Below, one piece after another: positions 1 through 13,161 of a DNA stretch of 64,000 bases. Source of the stretch: Octopus sinensis (taxonomy: Eukaryota); assembly GCF_006345805.1 (NCBI RefSeq), contig NC_043009.1, forward strand, positions 26,288,001 to 26,352,000, written 5' to 3'. Under the pieces are notes generated by a model, which did no database searches, was not told where the DNA came from, and saw only the letters and a program-made list of their open reading frames with translations. A program made the translations under genes and the position numbers. How positions within the stretch are numbered: position 1 is the first letter of the stretch; every line of letters begins with the position of its first letter.

Positions 1-120
1 TTTCAGCAACATTGAAATGAAGAATTTTACTCAAGAACACAACATACCGCTCTGTCCGGGAATCGAAATCACCTTCATGCGATCGTGTGTACAACAACCT
101 AACCACTGGGCCACAAAGCC
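1..120 (-). mobile_element. tRNA-derived SINE head (family E), runs off window start
   Basis: Minus strand reads GGCTTTGTGGCCCAGTGGTTAGG (A-box-like) ... TTCGATTCCCGG (B-box-like) ... TGTGTTCTTGAG; related copy at 62718-62990. Confidence 0.65.
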
Positions 121-280
121 AAAATAGAATGGTTCCCAAACTTGTCCTATGCCTTGTGTTCCTAGGAAATGTTTCGTTAATTTTTGTTTTCTTTTCTTGA
201 ACTGCTATGTTACGGGGACGTATACACACCAACACCGGTTGTCAAGCAATGGGGAAGTACAAATACAGGCACACACACCA

Positions 281-322
<42 letters not shown>

Positions 323-324
<2 letters not shown>

Positions 325-652
325 CATGGCTGTGTGATAAGAAGCTTGATTGCCAACTACATGATTCCGGGTTCAATCCCACTGCGTAGCACCTTGGGCA
401 AGTGTCTTCTCCTATAGCCTTAAGCTAACCAAAGCCTTGTGAGTGGATTTGTTAGACGGAACCTGGAAGAAGCACGTTGTATATATATATGTATTTACGT
501 CCCCGTAATCTAGCGCGGTTCGGCAAAATAAACCGATTGTATAAGTATTAGGCTTACAAAGAATAAGTCCTGGGGTCGATTCGTTCGACTAAAGGCGATG
601 CTCCAGCATAGCCGCAGTCAAAATGACTGAAACAAGTAAGGGAATAAAGGAA
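323..652 (+). mobile_element. tRNA-derived CORE-like SINE (family B), internally shortened copy
   Basis: GGCTGTGTGATAAGAAGC ... GGGTTCAATCCC (B box) ... CACCTTGGGCAAGTGTCTT (CORE-like) ... GCGGTTCGGCAAAA ... GACTGAAACAAGT. Same sequence recurs >10 times, including partial copies at 207-285, 1666-1815, 23205-23425, 42983-43135, 45520-45695, 54230-54430, 56950-57120. Confidence 0.85.
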
Positions 653-654
653 TA

Positions 655-763
<109 letters not shown>

Positions 764-932
764 TGACAGATGTTCCAATCATAATAGAAGAAGAACACCA
801 TCTTTGATAAAATCGAGAGGCAGGAACAAGGATTTGTCTTCACTCTTCACAGCGATGGTACTATTGAGTTAGTGGTGTCCTGGGCCGATAAGGCCCGAAA
901 CCAATCTAAGTTATCTAAGTTATCTATTCAGG

Positions 933-1048
933 TGAGCTTTGCATTTTATGCACTAGGACCAAATCAGATCCTGTTTTCTTTTTAGCTCACTTTGTTTACC
1001 CACGTTATTGTATGTGGTTCAGTTTCAATGATTAAATAAATTAGTTAT
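933..1048. repeat. ~115-bp dispersed repeat, second copy at ~2786-2905
   Basis: GAGCTTTGCATTTTAT(G/A)CACT(A/G)GGACCAAATCAGATC...TAAATAAATTAGTTAT present twice at about 90% identity; class unknown. Confidence 0.7.
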
Positions 1049-2152
1049 GAGAAAATTGACTTTATCACCTTTAAATGTGATGTGTCATTGCTTTCGTTAG
1101 GTGTGCAAAAATTAATCAAACATTTCCTAGGAACACGAAGCTATACTATAGCCGTTCACGAAAAAAAAAAAAACAAATTTTCTGACGCTCCAATGTATCT
1201 GCCACCTTCGCACCCTTAATCAGGTTAAAATAATATTGAAGAAAACGCTTGCAGCAATAGAACAGAATACTTCATACGTTTTACATCATGATGTTGTTAT
1301 CGTTGTTGCTGCCGTTGTTTACAACCAGTTCCGCTTTGATGCTGTAGATCAAAGATCAAAGCTTTTCCAGATGTGACTATTTTGTTTTCAAAAAAACAAC
1401 ATAGTACGAGTAGATCTACGATCAAATACATCCCACATATGACCATCCCGTATTTTTTTGTTTTAGTGGTGGTGGAATGAGGGATGGGGGATTTGAGATA
1501 ACATTTATGTCCTTCATTTAAAAACAGTGATTGGGCGTAGCTTAATCAATGTTGGTTGGGGTTATTTCTAGCTAGTCGAGAGACTCCTAAGAGACAGTCG
1601 CCTTGTTATCAGAAAGTTTCTACTGTCCACAGTTGGTCAGTTTTTTTGCATTAATTTGTTGACGACCCTTAGCGGTTCGGCAAAAAGGAACGGACTGAAT
1701 AAGTGTCAGGCTTCAAAAATATAAGCACTGGGGTGGAATTGGTCTATTAAGCACTTCAAGGCAGTGCTCCAGCATGACCCCATTCCAATGACTGAAATCA
1801 GCAAGAGATAAAAGATATATATATATATATATATATATACGTTTGCGTGGGTGCGTGGGTGTGCGTGTTTGCGTGTATCTGTGTGTGTATGTACGTGTTT
1901 TGTGTGTATGTGTATATATATATGTATACATATATATATGTACACACAAACCCCCACCCACACCCCACACACACACACACAACACACACACACCACACAC
2001 ACACACACATATATATATATATGTATATACAGACACACACATACATTTATATAATATATGTTCGCCCGTAAATTACTCATTGATAGCGTTACAGTCAATC
2101 TGGCTTCTGCCCAATGTATATATATATATATAATATATATATATATTATATA

Positions 2153-2195
<43 letters not shown>

Positions 2196-2299
2196 TATAT
2201 AATAGATATATATATATATAATATATATATATAGTATATATATAATATATATATATATTATAGAAGAGAGAATTCGGATACACATACATATATATACAT

Positions 2300-2381
<82 letters not shown>

Positions 2382-3572
2382 GATATAGATATATATAGAC
2401 TCCATTTATATAAGTATACATATTTTTTACATATGTGAATTTCCTATGTCTTTGCGAATATATGCCTGGCTATGTGTGTCAGAGTGTAGGCGTGGTTGAG
2501 TATCATTATGTTATGTAATGCGTTAAGATGTTTCTTTGTGACTAATGTACGCAGTCTATTTGTTTTGTTTATTGGCAACTTCCTAATTGAGTTGAGGATA
2601 CGTGTTTTGCAGCATTTCTAAGTTTAGAAATATTGTATGTTTTTTTGCACCCAATTTTCTTACGTTATATATTTTTTTTCAAATACGTGTCAGGTAAGTT
2701 TAGAGTGACGGATTTAAAATCTTGCCGGATTTAATGTTCTGCCGAATTTAATATTCTGCTGGATTTAGCCATGGTGATCTTTACAGTTGAGCTTTGCATT
2801 TTATACACTGGGACCAAATCAGATCTTGTTTTCCTTTTAGCTCACTTTGGTTACCCACGTTATTGTATGAGGTTCTGTTTCAATGACTAAATAAATTAGT
2901 TATACGTCACCAGGTCAATCAATGCATTGGGCCCTTTAGTATATATTTATTGAGAGCAAGCCGCGGTCTGCATAGATCAGCACTGGGCCCTATGACCTGT
3001 GAGGGCTTCGGGCAAATCAATGCCCTGGGACCTGTTGTATGTATTTACAGACATCAAACCACAGCATAATTAGATCACAACCAGGCTCCTAGACAGGTGA
3101 GACTCCCAGGCAACGTCCTAGTGAGCCCATGCCTTAAGACGGCACTGAATTTGATGTTTTGATATCAGCTTTGTTGCTCTAATATTCAGATTTATATTTA
3201 AAAATGAGTGTCAACGATTGACTGTCATCTGATGTGAGTCGATCACGTTGTAGTTGAATTTGTCATTTATCCTTCCAGGGGTCGAGACAATAAAGCGCCA
3301 AACAATTACTAAGGTTGAATATAATCGACCGTTTCGCAGTGTCTTATTCCACCGCTCCAATAAAAGTTGTGGATTGGCCTTGAGCCAATAAAAGAGATCA
3401 TTAATATTTTAAGTATGTATATCGATCTGTCTAACGTCTAGTTTTACTTTCGATACAGAAATGGGATGTTATTCTGCAATAATCTTGAGCAATTAAAGTA
3501 TTATTTTCAATATAAATGACCACAGGGAATCGATATAATAATAATGCTGATGATGATGGTGATGATGATGAT

Positions 3573-4010
3573 TGCTTTTATTGGTCACCAGGGCTCACGA
3601 CACGGCGGACAATATCAAAAGACTAGATACTACACACAAACAGGTAACGTTTACAGCGATCAAAGGAAGACATTACAACAATAAAGACACAACCAAATGA
3701 TATAAAAATAGAAATAAGAAAAATATATATTATACATAAATGGAATCCCCAACAGCTGAGTAGTCCACATAGGGTAAACCAGGGAAAACCCTATACAAAA
3801 TATCCCGGATTTCTCTGCTTTCTCCAAGGTTAGCTTCCAGTTTCTGTCTTCCTATTTTGAAAAGCATACTCAGAGTAGGGCCATTCAGTTTCACTTGTCT
3901 TACTACTCACACAAACTTTTCAATATACACACGAGAAAGCTGCGCGTTTCCTCTCTACCCCCACTTTCCTCGCCAAATGATATTTGAAAAAACTGATGAG
4001 AGCTTGTATG
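3573..4010 (-). mobile_element. L1/Tx1-like LINE 3' end (ORF2 C-terminus relic plus 3'UTR), abutting (ATC)n
   Basis: Minus translation QALISFFKYHLARKVGVERK ... RQVKLNGPTLSMLFK parallels QSLINFFKYHLKRKVRVERQ ... RMARLNDEATLSIIL at 21.9-22.05 kb; ends CCAATAAAAGCA|ATCATCATC. Confidence 0.7.
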
Positions 4011-4634
4011 TATGTCATTGTAACTAAGTTAAAATGACGGCAGATAATTTTCTGTAATGGTAACAAGTAAGCGTTAGCTTTCATCCATAGTCCTCAACGC
4101 AAAATCACTACTCGTGTCGCAGTGTATGTATTTAAAACAATGCTAGTGACGTGTTGGTGTTTAACCCAAGCAGTCATGTTTATGATTATAATTAGCTTTG
4201 TGTGTGCGTGTGTGTGAGTGTGTGGTGTGTGTGTGTGTGTGTGTCTTTAGATTAATTATTCGTCTGTCCTTGATAGTTCACTCTTTACTTTGCTCTGACA
4301 ATATGAGCAGCGACTACAACACAAGTAACTACGGTAGAGACAGTGGCAGCAGTAGCAACAACAACAACACCAACAACAGTAGCAAAAAGTAGAGCAGCAG
4401 CAGCAGAAGAAGAAGAACAATGAATACTAGAATGTTCATAATCCATATCAAAATATTAAAAATGTATAGATTTAAAGAAATATAAAACCTCAGAAGGGGC
4501 TAAAAACGGGAGTTAGCTGCATCAAGCATGGTGTTACCGAAAGCAATACAAGCGACATCACCCAGAACTAAGATTATGCGACAGAAGTATAAGAATATTC
4601 AATAATAAATATGAGAATCGTTTTTTAGAGTAGA

Positions 4635-4808
4635 GGCCAAGGCGATTATACCGAAGCTAAGTATTTGATTGGTATTTAATTTATCGACTACGAAAGGGTG
4701 AAATGCGAAGTTGACTACGGCGTAATTTGAACTCAGAACATAAAAACAGAGAAAATGCCGCTAAGCATTTTTGCTTGGCGCGCTACCGATTCTGTCAACT
4801 CGTGGCCT
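4635..4808 (-). mobile_element. tRNA-derived SINE (family A), degraded
   Basis: Reverse complement of family A head and body (GTTCTGAGTTCAAAT, TCGATAAATTAAATACCA). Confidence 0.7.
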
Positions 4809-4820
4809 TAATAATAATAA

Positions 4821-5212
4821 AGCAAACGAACAGTGTTAATTGAGAAAGAAAGCAAATGATGCTGGACCATAGATACAGCATTCCCAGCTGGCAACAAGGT
4901 ATGCGATATGGAAGGAAGAAAGGTCGATAGATATGACAGGTTAGCTTGGGAGGTTAAATAGTTGTGGTTGATGAAAAAGGTGGTAGTAGTACCATTAAGC
5001 CCTGGAACGGTGAGTAAAAATCTTCAGAAGTGCATGGAAGAAATAGGGGCGCAATAAGGGTGGAGCACTTGCAGAAAATAGCACTGCTTGGAACCGCTCG
5101 AATACTCCGGAAGGTGCTCGAAAAATAAAGGGTGTTACCTTAGTTCACTGGTAGTGAACAGCGGGTACCGTTGTACATCTCCAGCGTTAGAAGCTGTGCA
5201 AAGGCAATAAAT
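4821..5212 (+). mobile_element. R4/Dong-like non-LTR retrotransposon 3' fragment (restriction-like endonuclease), degenerate, in (AAT)n
   Basis: Translates LIEKESK*CWTIDTAFPAGNKVCDMEGRKVDRYDRLAWEVK*LW..KVVVVP..GTVSKNLQKCMEEIG/IRVEHLQKIALLGTARILRKVLEK*; AAT repeats on both sides. Confidence 0.8.
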
Positions 5213-5246
5213 AATAACAACAACAACAATAATAATAATAATAATG

Positions 5247-5299
<53 letters not shown>

Positions 5300-5333
5300 T
5301 ATAATGATGATAATAATAATGATAATAATAATA

Positions 5334-5484
<151 letters not shown>

Positions 5485-6056
5485 AAGGTACAGTTAGAAA
5501 AGGAGTAAAAAGCTATTAACTACAAGATTCAACTGTAACAATAACTAACACAGCAAAATCAGAAACAGCAACAACAATAACATGAATAACTGATGCTTAC
5601 AATGAATAACAACAACCACAACAGCAACAACAACAATAAAAGAAGCATCAACCAATCAACACATCTAACAACATCGTCAACATCCATTCCCATAATGGCG
5701 AAGGAATGACGGGAAGTGAAAGGAAGTGGGTGGGAGACACACTGCCAATAAAGCATTAAGTTGCTGCCATTTTTTTTTTCCTTTTCTCAAATTACTGCTA
5801 AATGTTTGGGTAAATGAGGAAGAGAAAATGGATAGCGTAAGTTTATTTTGTGAGCAGCAATTGACCGACTGACCAAGCGTTCGATACACCAATTACCATG
5901 ATGAATGTCAATATTTAAATGAAAGTTCAGTTTCAATATCACCATGATGGGAAAGAAAATAATATATGTCTGTGTGTGTATACACACATATGCAAATGTG
6001 TATGTGTGTGTGTATATATATATATATATGTTTGTATGAATGTATATATATATATG

Positions 6057-6099
<43 letters not shown>

Positions 6100-6278
6100 A
6101 TATATATATATATACTATATACATAAGTATATATATCATACATACATATATGTGTGTGTGTATATGTGTATATATATGTGTATATATATGTACCTATATA
6201 TTTATATTTATCTATCTGTCAATGTATCTACCTATTCATCTATCTGTCTTTATATATATATACATATATATTATATAT

Positions 6279-6369
<91 letters not shown>

Positions 6370-6696
6370 GTATGTATATATATATATATTTATGTACCAA
6401 TGGGGAGAATATTGATTGAAACGATGTAAGACAGAATAGGAAAGAAAAAAAGTGAAAACAAACCAGTAAAGAAGAGACGACAAAGGAAAAAAAGAAAAGA
6501 ACGAAGCAGTTTTCAGTGTCTCTGTTCCTAAGATTTATTACATGTCTTGATTGGACCTGGCTGATTCCACACAGATTTCAGACGACAAATTAGAAGGGAA
6601 GAAGTAAAGAAAAGAAGAAAAATATACAAATGAATAACAATAGCAATAATAATAATAATAACACAAGCACTAATAATAATAATAATAATAATAATA

Positions 6697-6813
6697 GTTC
6701 TTATTTTATCGATGAAAGGCAAAGTCGATCTTAGCGGAATTCGGACTCAAAGCGAAGCGACCGGCGCTTGGCATTTCGTCCAGCGGGCTATCGATTCTGC
6801 TAGCTCGCTGCCT
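6697..6813 (-). mobile_element. SINE family A, partial
   Basis: GATGAAAGGCAAAGTCGA...TTCTGCTAGCTCGCTGCC is the reverse complement of the family A head/body. Confidence 0.75.
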
Positions 6814-6856
6814 TTTCAATAATAATAATAGCAACAACAACAACAACAACAACAAC

Positions 6857-6912
<56 letters not shown>

Positions 6913-7831
6913 AATGTCCGAAACAACGGGAGAGATAATTCTGTATACATGATACGACAGCTAATATAAATCACTTTTTTATTCAACCAAAATGAGGATG
7001 CGGCTGCTGTGTGTAAACATGGTTACAGAAGTAATGGGCGTGGTGTGATGACGGAATATTGAGTCGGTTTATTAATCAAGAACCGGACTAGCACATTCTT
7101 CTTTTCTGCTATTGATTTTGCATAATTATCCGAATTATCCTATGAATATTACTGGTATTTATTTTGATACACTTCCGGAGAGATGAATTATTAGAGTGAT
7201 TCAAACTGTTAACGAACTTAAATGAAAAATGGATGTACGTAATTGGAAACCTTGACAGATTTACTGCCGTACTGTACTGGTTCTTAAATATCTGGCAATA
7301 AATAATCTAGAAGGAAACAATGGAGAAACAAAGAAATAAGACTATCATTGAGACTTGTGCAGTTTTTGCGTAATACACAGCATGGAAATTTATCCGATTA
7401 CAGCAAAGTTAGCGTGTGCTTTGATTAAAGATTTCTCAACTAGGAATAAAACATTACGTGTTATTAAACACTGCAAGCATCATCTTGCAAAAAAGAAAGG
7501 GAACGAAAAACGAAACAAGAACCTGTTAAATCAATGGGAGTCAAAGTATGGGACCAATACTTTGTTGACTTATTTACGATTATACAACACAACGACTGGG
7601 TAATCGATAACGCCTTATAATTAATAGATGAGTGACTAGGGTACCATTCATGGGCAACTCTTGTTTTTTGTTTATGATAACATTGACTTAAATTTGAAGA
7701 ACGAGGGCAGGTCATTCAGGATGTCGTGAACAGCAACGAAATGACGCTAACAAACCAACTGATTGAGAGATTGAACGAACGATTAATCAAGTAGTCGATT
7801 AATCAAATGTTTATTTGGTTACCTTGTTAAC

Positions 7832-7942
<111 letters not shown>

Positions 7943-7973
7943 TAATAATGATAATAATAATAATAACAACAAC

Positions 7974-8227
7974 AACATCCCAGGAGACCCATATCTCAAA
8001 GCAAACCTAAAGATAGTGTTGACAAATACTACCTACGTCCTTAGTAAAACCCAATCCCGTTAAATGATTTGTATCGCGTTAATTATATAAATCTATGTCT
8101 GTACTGTCTTCCCCACTTACCCTCTCCAAGCTTTCAATTGCATCTCATCATCTCCTAACAGTCACTTGTCCTAAGTCGCTATGATCTGACAAGTAGTTCT
8201 ATCAGATACGCAAATTAAAAGCAAAGT
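7974..8227 (+). mobile_element. R4/Dong-like 3' fragment (extreme C-terminus plus 3'UTR) in (AAT)n
   Basis: IPGDPYLKANLKIVLTNTTYVLSKTQSR* aligns with IPGLPSLQEVQKIVLTGTSHVLRRALSL at 63.9 kb; preceded by ~140 bp (AAT)n, ends GCAAAGT|AATAATGATG. Confidence 0.65.
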
Positions 8228-8742
8228 AATAATGATGATGATGATGATGATGATGATGAAATAGAACCAATGCGTGCGTTTCATATGGAAAAAAACTGTC
8301 CTTCTGAATGACTATGATGTTACTTGATAATTACCTTAATTATACACGTGTCCGTGGAATATTCAACTACTTAAACGTTAATTCAGGAGTAGGTAATTCA
8401 GTAGATCAAACAACTGAATCACCGTTGCCGAACGACTGTGATTCGCTACTATCATATTTGATAAATCTCTTTAAAACGTCACTCTTTACAAAGACAGAAT
8501 GTTTTTAAAAGCACAGGTTGACAAATTTATATTGAAAGTTTATTTAATCGCTGAATTTACGCGCTAGAAATAGCAGTCAAATCTCGCTGAAAAAAAACAC
8601 ACTCTTGAGAAAATACATCGAATCATGTGTTCCTACAGACCCCTGAAGGGAAGACATGGCAAGGAAGTCTTTATTTATAGGTTCTGATTAATGTGGAGAG
8701 ATCTGCACCAATTAGCGATTTCTTACATCGACACTGAGTGAA

Positions 8743-9005
8743 AGCGCGGTGGCTGAGTGGATCGCAAGGTCGTGTGCTCAATTCCTAGTGATGTATTGTG
8801 TCCTTAAGCAAGACACTTTATTTTCAGGCCACTCAGTTGGCAAATATGAGCTGTACCTGTAATTCAAAGGGGGGCAGCGTTGTCACATTCTGTGTCATGT
8901 TGCATCTCCCTGAGAGCTACATTAATGGTACACGTGTCTGTGGAGTGCTCAGCCACTTGCATGCTAATCTCACGTGTAGGCTGTTCCGTTAATCGATGGA
9001 GTTCC
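8743..9005 (+). mobile_element. tRNA-derived CORE-like SINE (family D)
   Basis: GCGCGGTGGCTGAGTGG (A box) ... TGTGTCCTTAAGCAAGACACTTTA (CORE-like), followed by a body unlike family B. Confidence 0.6.
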
Positions 9006-9440
9006 ACGCCACCACCTCCAACAACACCACTATGCCACATCGACACTGATCCCCAATTTGGGAGAAAAAACAATCAATTATATCGATTATATTGGTTATA
9101 TTCTCCACAAAAGGATGAATGCCAAACTTGGCCTCGGTAGGATCTACGACTAAATAACCAAAGCATTAATTTACATTCAAATCTATTAGAAATAGCTGCC
9201 CAAGTCTGCTGGAAACAGCGCTCTTCAGACTTCTGTATCTCAAATTCCGAACCATCTAGAGGAGCCTGATGTTTGTATCATCAAGCCAATCTAGAAAACC
9301 CCTATTTCATAGACAAGATGAATTATGGGTAATATACACATTTGATGTCTTGTCAATTGCATATATAACCAAAAACTGTGATATACGTAGCAGTCTTGAA
9401 ACTCTTTCATAGACGAGATGAATTGTGGATCATATACATA

Positions 9441-9843
9441 AGGCGTAAGCGTAGCTGTGTGGAAAGAAGCTTACTTCCCAAGCACATGATTCCGGGTTCA
9501 GTCCCACTGTGTGGCACCTTGCGCAAGTGTCTTCTACTATAGGCTTGGAGGGACCAAAGCCTTGTGAGTGGATTTGGTAGATGAAAACTGAAAGAAGCCC
9601 GTCATATATATAAATGTGTGTGTGTGTGTATTTATGTATGTCTTTGTGTCTGTGTTTGTTCCCCCATCACCGTTTGACAACTGGTCCTAGCGTGTTTGCC
9701 TCGCCGTTACCTAGCGGTTCGACAAAAGTGTCCGACTGAACAAGTACCAGGCTTAAGAAATAGATCCTAGGGTCGATTTCTTCTTCAAGGTGCTGCTCCA
9801 GTATGGCCGCAGTCTAATGACTGAAACAAGATAAAGAACAAAG
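9441..9843 (+). mobile_element. SINE family B, full-length
   Basis: GGCGTAAGCGTAGCTGTGTGG head, GGGTTCAGTCCC B box, CORE-like segment, internal (TA)/(TG) tract, tail ...GACTGAAACAAGATAAAG. Confidence 0.9.
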
Positions 9844-10499
9844 GAAGAATAAAGTAGAGATTTCTTTTTTTTTTCGTCACTTATTTGTATTTTACCAAAT
9901 CCTGGTGTTGGCACTCTCAAGGAGGTTTGGAAGCTTCTTCAAAGACAAAATGAATTACGAGCGGCGTATACACAACTACACTTCATCACGTGCTTATATA
10001 ACGAGATTTATCCACATCACTTCCTCTCGCCATAATTTCCACTGATTGAATACTATAAATGTTATATTTCATTGGCAATATTTATTTACCTTCCACTTTA
10101 TATAAATCGAATTCTTTATACACTACCATCAGATATCAATGCATTGCATAAGAAGATCTCTTCTCAATACCTTTATACAAACTAAACATTCAGAAAGCCC
10201 TGTCTGTTTGTTGTGTATTTTTACAGTGTTCGCATCACGAGTTATTGTTAAAGCTAAGCAACAATTATCATTCATAAATTGATTTTCCCTCAGCTACACC
10301 AGCTATCAACTTACACAACTCCTCGTCTCTATATGAATGTGCAAACATGTTAAAAGCAACGTCAAGACGAAAACTGGTTTTCTTTTATGGAGATGTCATT
10401 AGAGATGTTTTATATATTTAGGCGTATAAACTTGTATCGTTAGCTCTGCCAATTATTTTCTAAATTATACATTAACGATGTGATAACAATAGAATCTAT

Positions 10500-10533
<34 letters not shown>

Positions 10534-10565
10534 CTGTCTCTCTCTCCCTATATACATACACACAC

Positions 10566-10608
<43 letters not shown>

Positions 10609-10618
10609 GCGCATATAT

Positions 10619-10649
<31 letters not shown>

Positions 10650-10730
10650 CCAATCAAGAACGGCCATAATAGGCCATTCACCCACTAGAAATAACAGCCA
10701 AAAGCTTCAACCGCAAAATAACATTATTCC

Positions 10731-10917
10731 GTAATTATATATATATAATATAAATACTTGGTACATATAAGTGCGTGGTTGTTTCAATGTGTGTACATGT
10801 TTGTGTATATCTATTCCTTGTGCTGGTAGGTATGATGTAGGCAGGTAGGTGGATACACAAACAATTGATTGATAAGTATGTATGCATGTATATACATACA
10901 CACACACACACACACAC

Positions 10918-10958
<41 letters not shown>

Positions 10959-11138
10959 ATTATACAATGCAATAATATTATTTTCCATCGAAATAATGCA
11001 ACTAGTTGGCACTTTGTGCCACTATTTACTATTCATATATACATATATATCTATATACATATATTCTTCAAATTTACAGTAACAAGACGAAGACAGGTGA
11101 GGTACAATAAACAGGAATATAGTTTGACGCTCGGGAAG

Positions 11139-11169
<31 letters not shown>

Positions 11170-11488
11170 CATATATAGTTCTTCAAATTTACAGGTAACA
11201 AGACGAAGACAGGTGAGGTAACAATAACAGAAATATTAGTTTGACGCTCGGGAAGAATATTATTATATATATATATATATATATTATCTTCCCGAGCGTC
11301 AAACTAATTTTCTGTTATTGTTACCTCACCTGTCTTCGTCTTGTTACCTGTAAATTTGAAGAACTATATAGTATATATATATATATTATATATATATATA
11401 TCTTCCCGAGCGTCAAACTAATATTTCTGTTTATTGTTACCTCACCTGTCTTCGTCTTGTTACCTGTAAATTTGAAGAACTATATATG

Positions 11489-11519
<31 letters not shown>

Positions 11520-11703
11520 CTTCCCGAGCGTCAAACTAATATTCCTGTTTATTGTTACCTCACCTGTCTTCGTCTTGTTACCTGTAAATTTGAAGAACTA
11601 TATATGTATATATATATATATGTATATATGAATAGTAAATAGTGGCACAAAGTGCCAACTAGTTGCATTATTTCGATGGAAAATAATATTATTGCATTGT
11701 AAT

Positions 11704-11746
<43 letters not shown>

Positions 11747-11930
11747 GTGTGTGTGTGTGTGTGTGTATGTATATACATGCATACATACTTATCAATCAAT
11801 CTGTTTGTGTATCCACCTACCTGCCTACATCATTACCTACCAGCACACAGGAATAGATATACACAAACATGTACACACATTGAAACAACCACGCACTTAT
11901 ATGTACAAGTATTTATATATATATATACGT
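10731..11930. repeat. 1.2-kb inverted duplication containing five copies of an ~85-bp unit
   Basis: 10731-~11270 is the reverse complement of ~11275-11930; unit TCTTCCCGAGCGTCAAACTAAT...GTAAATTTGAAGAAC occurs 2x on minus and 3x on plus, separated by (TA)n. Confidence 0.9.
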
Positions 11931-13161
11931 ATATATAGTCGACGCAACTCGACATAACGTTTGAAGATACAGATTAATGGTCACAACGATACTTCTGACC
12001 TAGCATCATTCTAAAATACTAAAATAGACCACTTATCAATAACAATCAACTCGTGACTTTTGATGCATGCATCGAACGGTTAAAACTAGACTAAGAGTTA
12101 TGATTCGTACTCGAGTCATTGGGCCTGACGCTGACGGTGAACAATATACACACAAACATACTAGCATACATGCAAGTATGGACACACAAATATACACGCG
12201 CACACACACACCTACACACACACACACACGCACACACACACACACTCTCTCTCTCTCTCTCTCTCTCTCTTCCTCTCTCTCTCTCTTCCTCTCTCTCTCT
12301 CTCTCTCCTCCTCTCTCTCTCACTATATATATATATATATATGTGTGTGTATGTGTGTGTGTGTGCGTGTTCTGCGTGGATGTTTGTGTATTACTGTCTG
12401 CGAGTATATGTATGGGAAGATAGAGATTAGATTAGTGTTTGAAGATAGAGATAGGTTCTTCAATTACGCAGTTACATCAACTTACACGTGTTTCAGTGAA
12501 TGTTATTGTCGAAATATGTAATCCAAGCCAAGAATACATTCTGTATCCTCAGTTCACCAGAAATTCATACAAACACTGCTGATGACACAGTAAATATATC
12601 CAGAAGCGACACACCAGTTTTGTTTGTTTACTTCTTTTTTTTTTTTGTTATGTATACTTTGTGATGTTGTAACTATGGAGACTAGAAATAATAAGTTCTC
12701 TTTATCGTTTTTTTTTCTTTCTATCAATAAAAATTTGTACGAGTTTTTAATACTTGTTATACATCAAGCAATTAGAAGCTAACTGTAGAAATATATGTAG
12801 GCATACATATATTATATATTATATAATATATATATATATATAATATATATATATATAATATATCACTCATAGATTTAACATCTCTTATATATATATATAT
12901 ATATATATATAAATGAATGAATGTATGTATATGTGTGTATTGTGCTATTGGGACGCTTTTATTTTATTAACCGGGTAAAACAGGATACTTGATAAGTTTT
13001 CAATATAATGAACACACAAACACACATACACATACGTACGCGCGCATACACACATATGTATACAAATATACATAATTTATATATATGTATATATATGTAT
13101 ATACACACAAACGCACACATTTGTACACACATATATGTATATGTATATATATATATATGTA

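Noticed and set aside
856-904. Type-III hammerhead-like fold (TGGTA / GGGCC-GATAA-GGCCC-GAAACCA)
   Set aside because: Stems II and III and GAAA are present, but the CUGANGA core is replaced by TGGTGTCCT; single copy.
2692-2790. Perfect-looking intron CAG|GTAAGT...TTTACAG| with 17-bp internal repeats
   Set aside because: No coding frame on either side, and the downstream sequence is a dispersed repeat.
11060-11602. CRISPR-like repeat-spacer pattern
   Set aside because: The spacers are (TA)n tracts, the units are ~85 bp in both orientations, the context is eukaryotic, and there are no cas genes.
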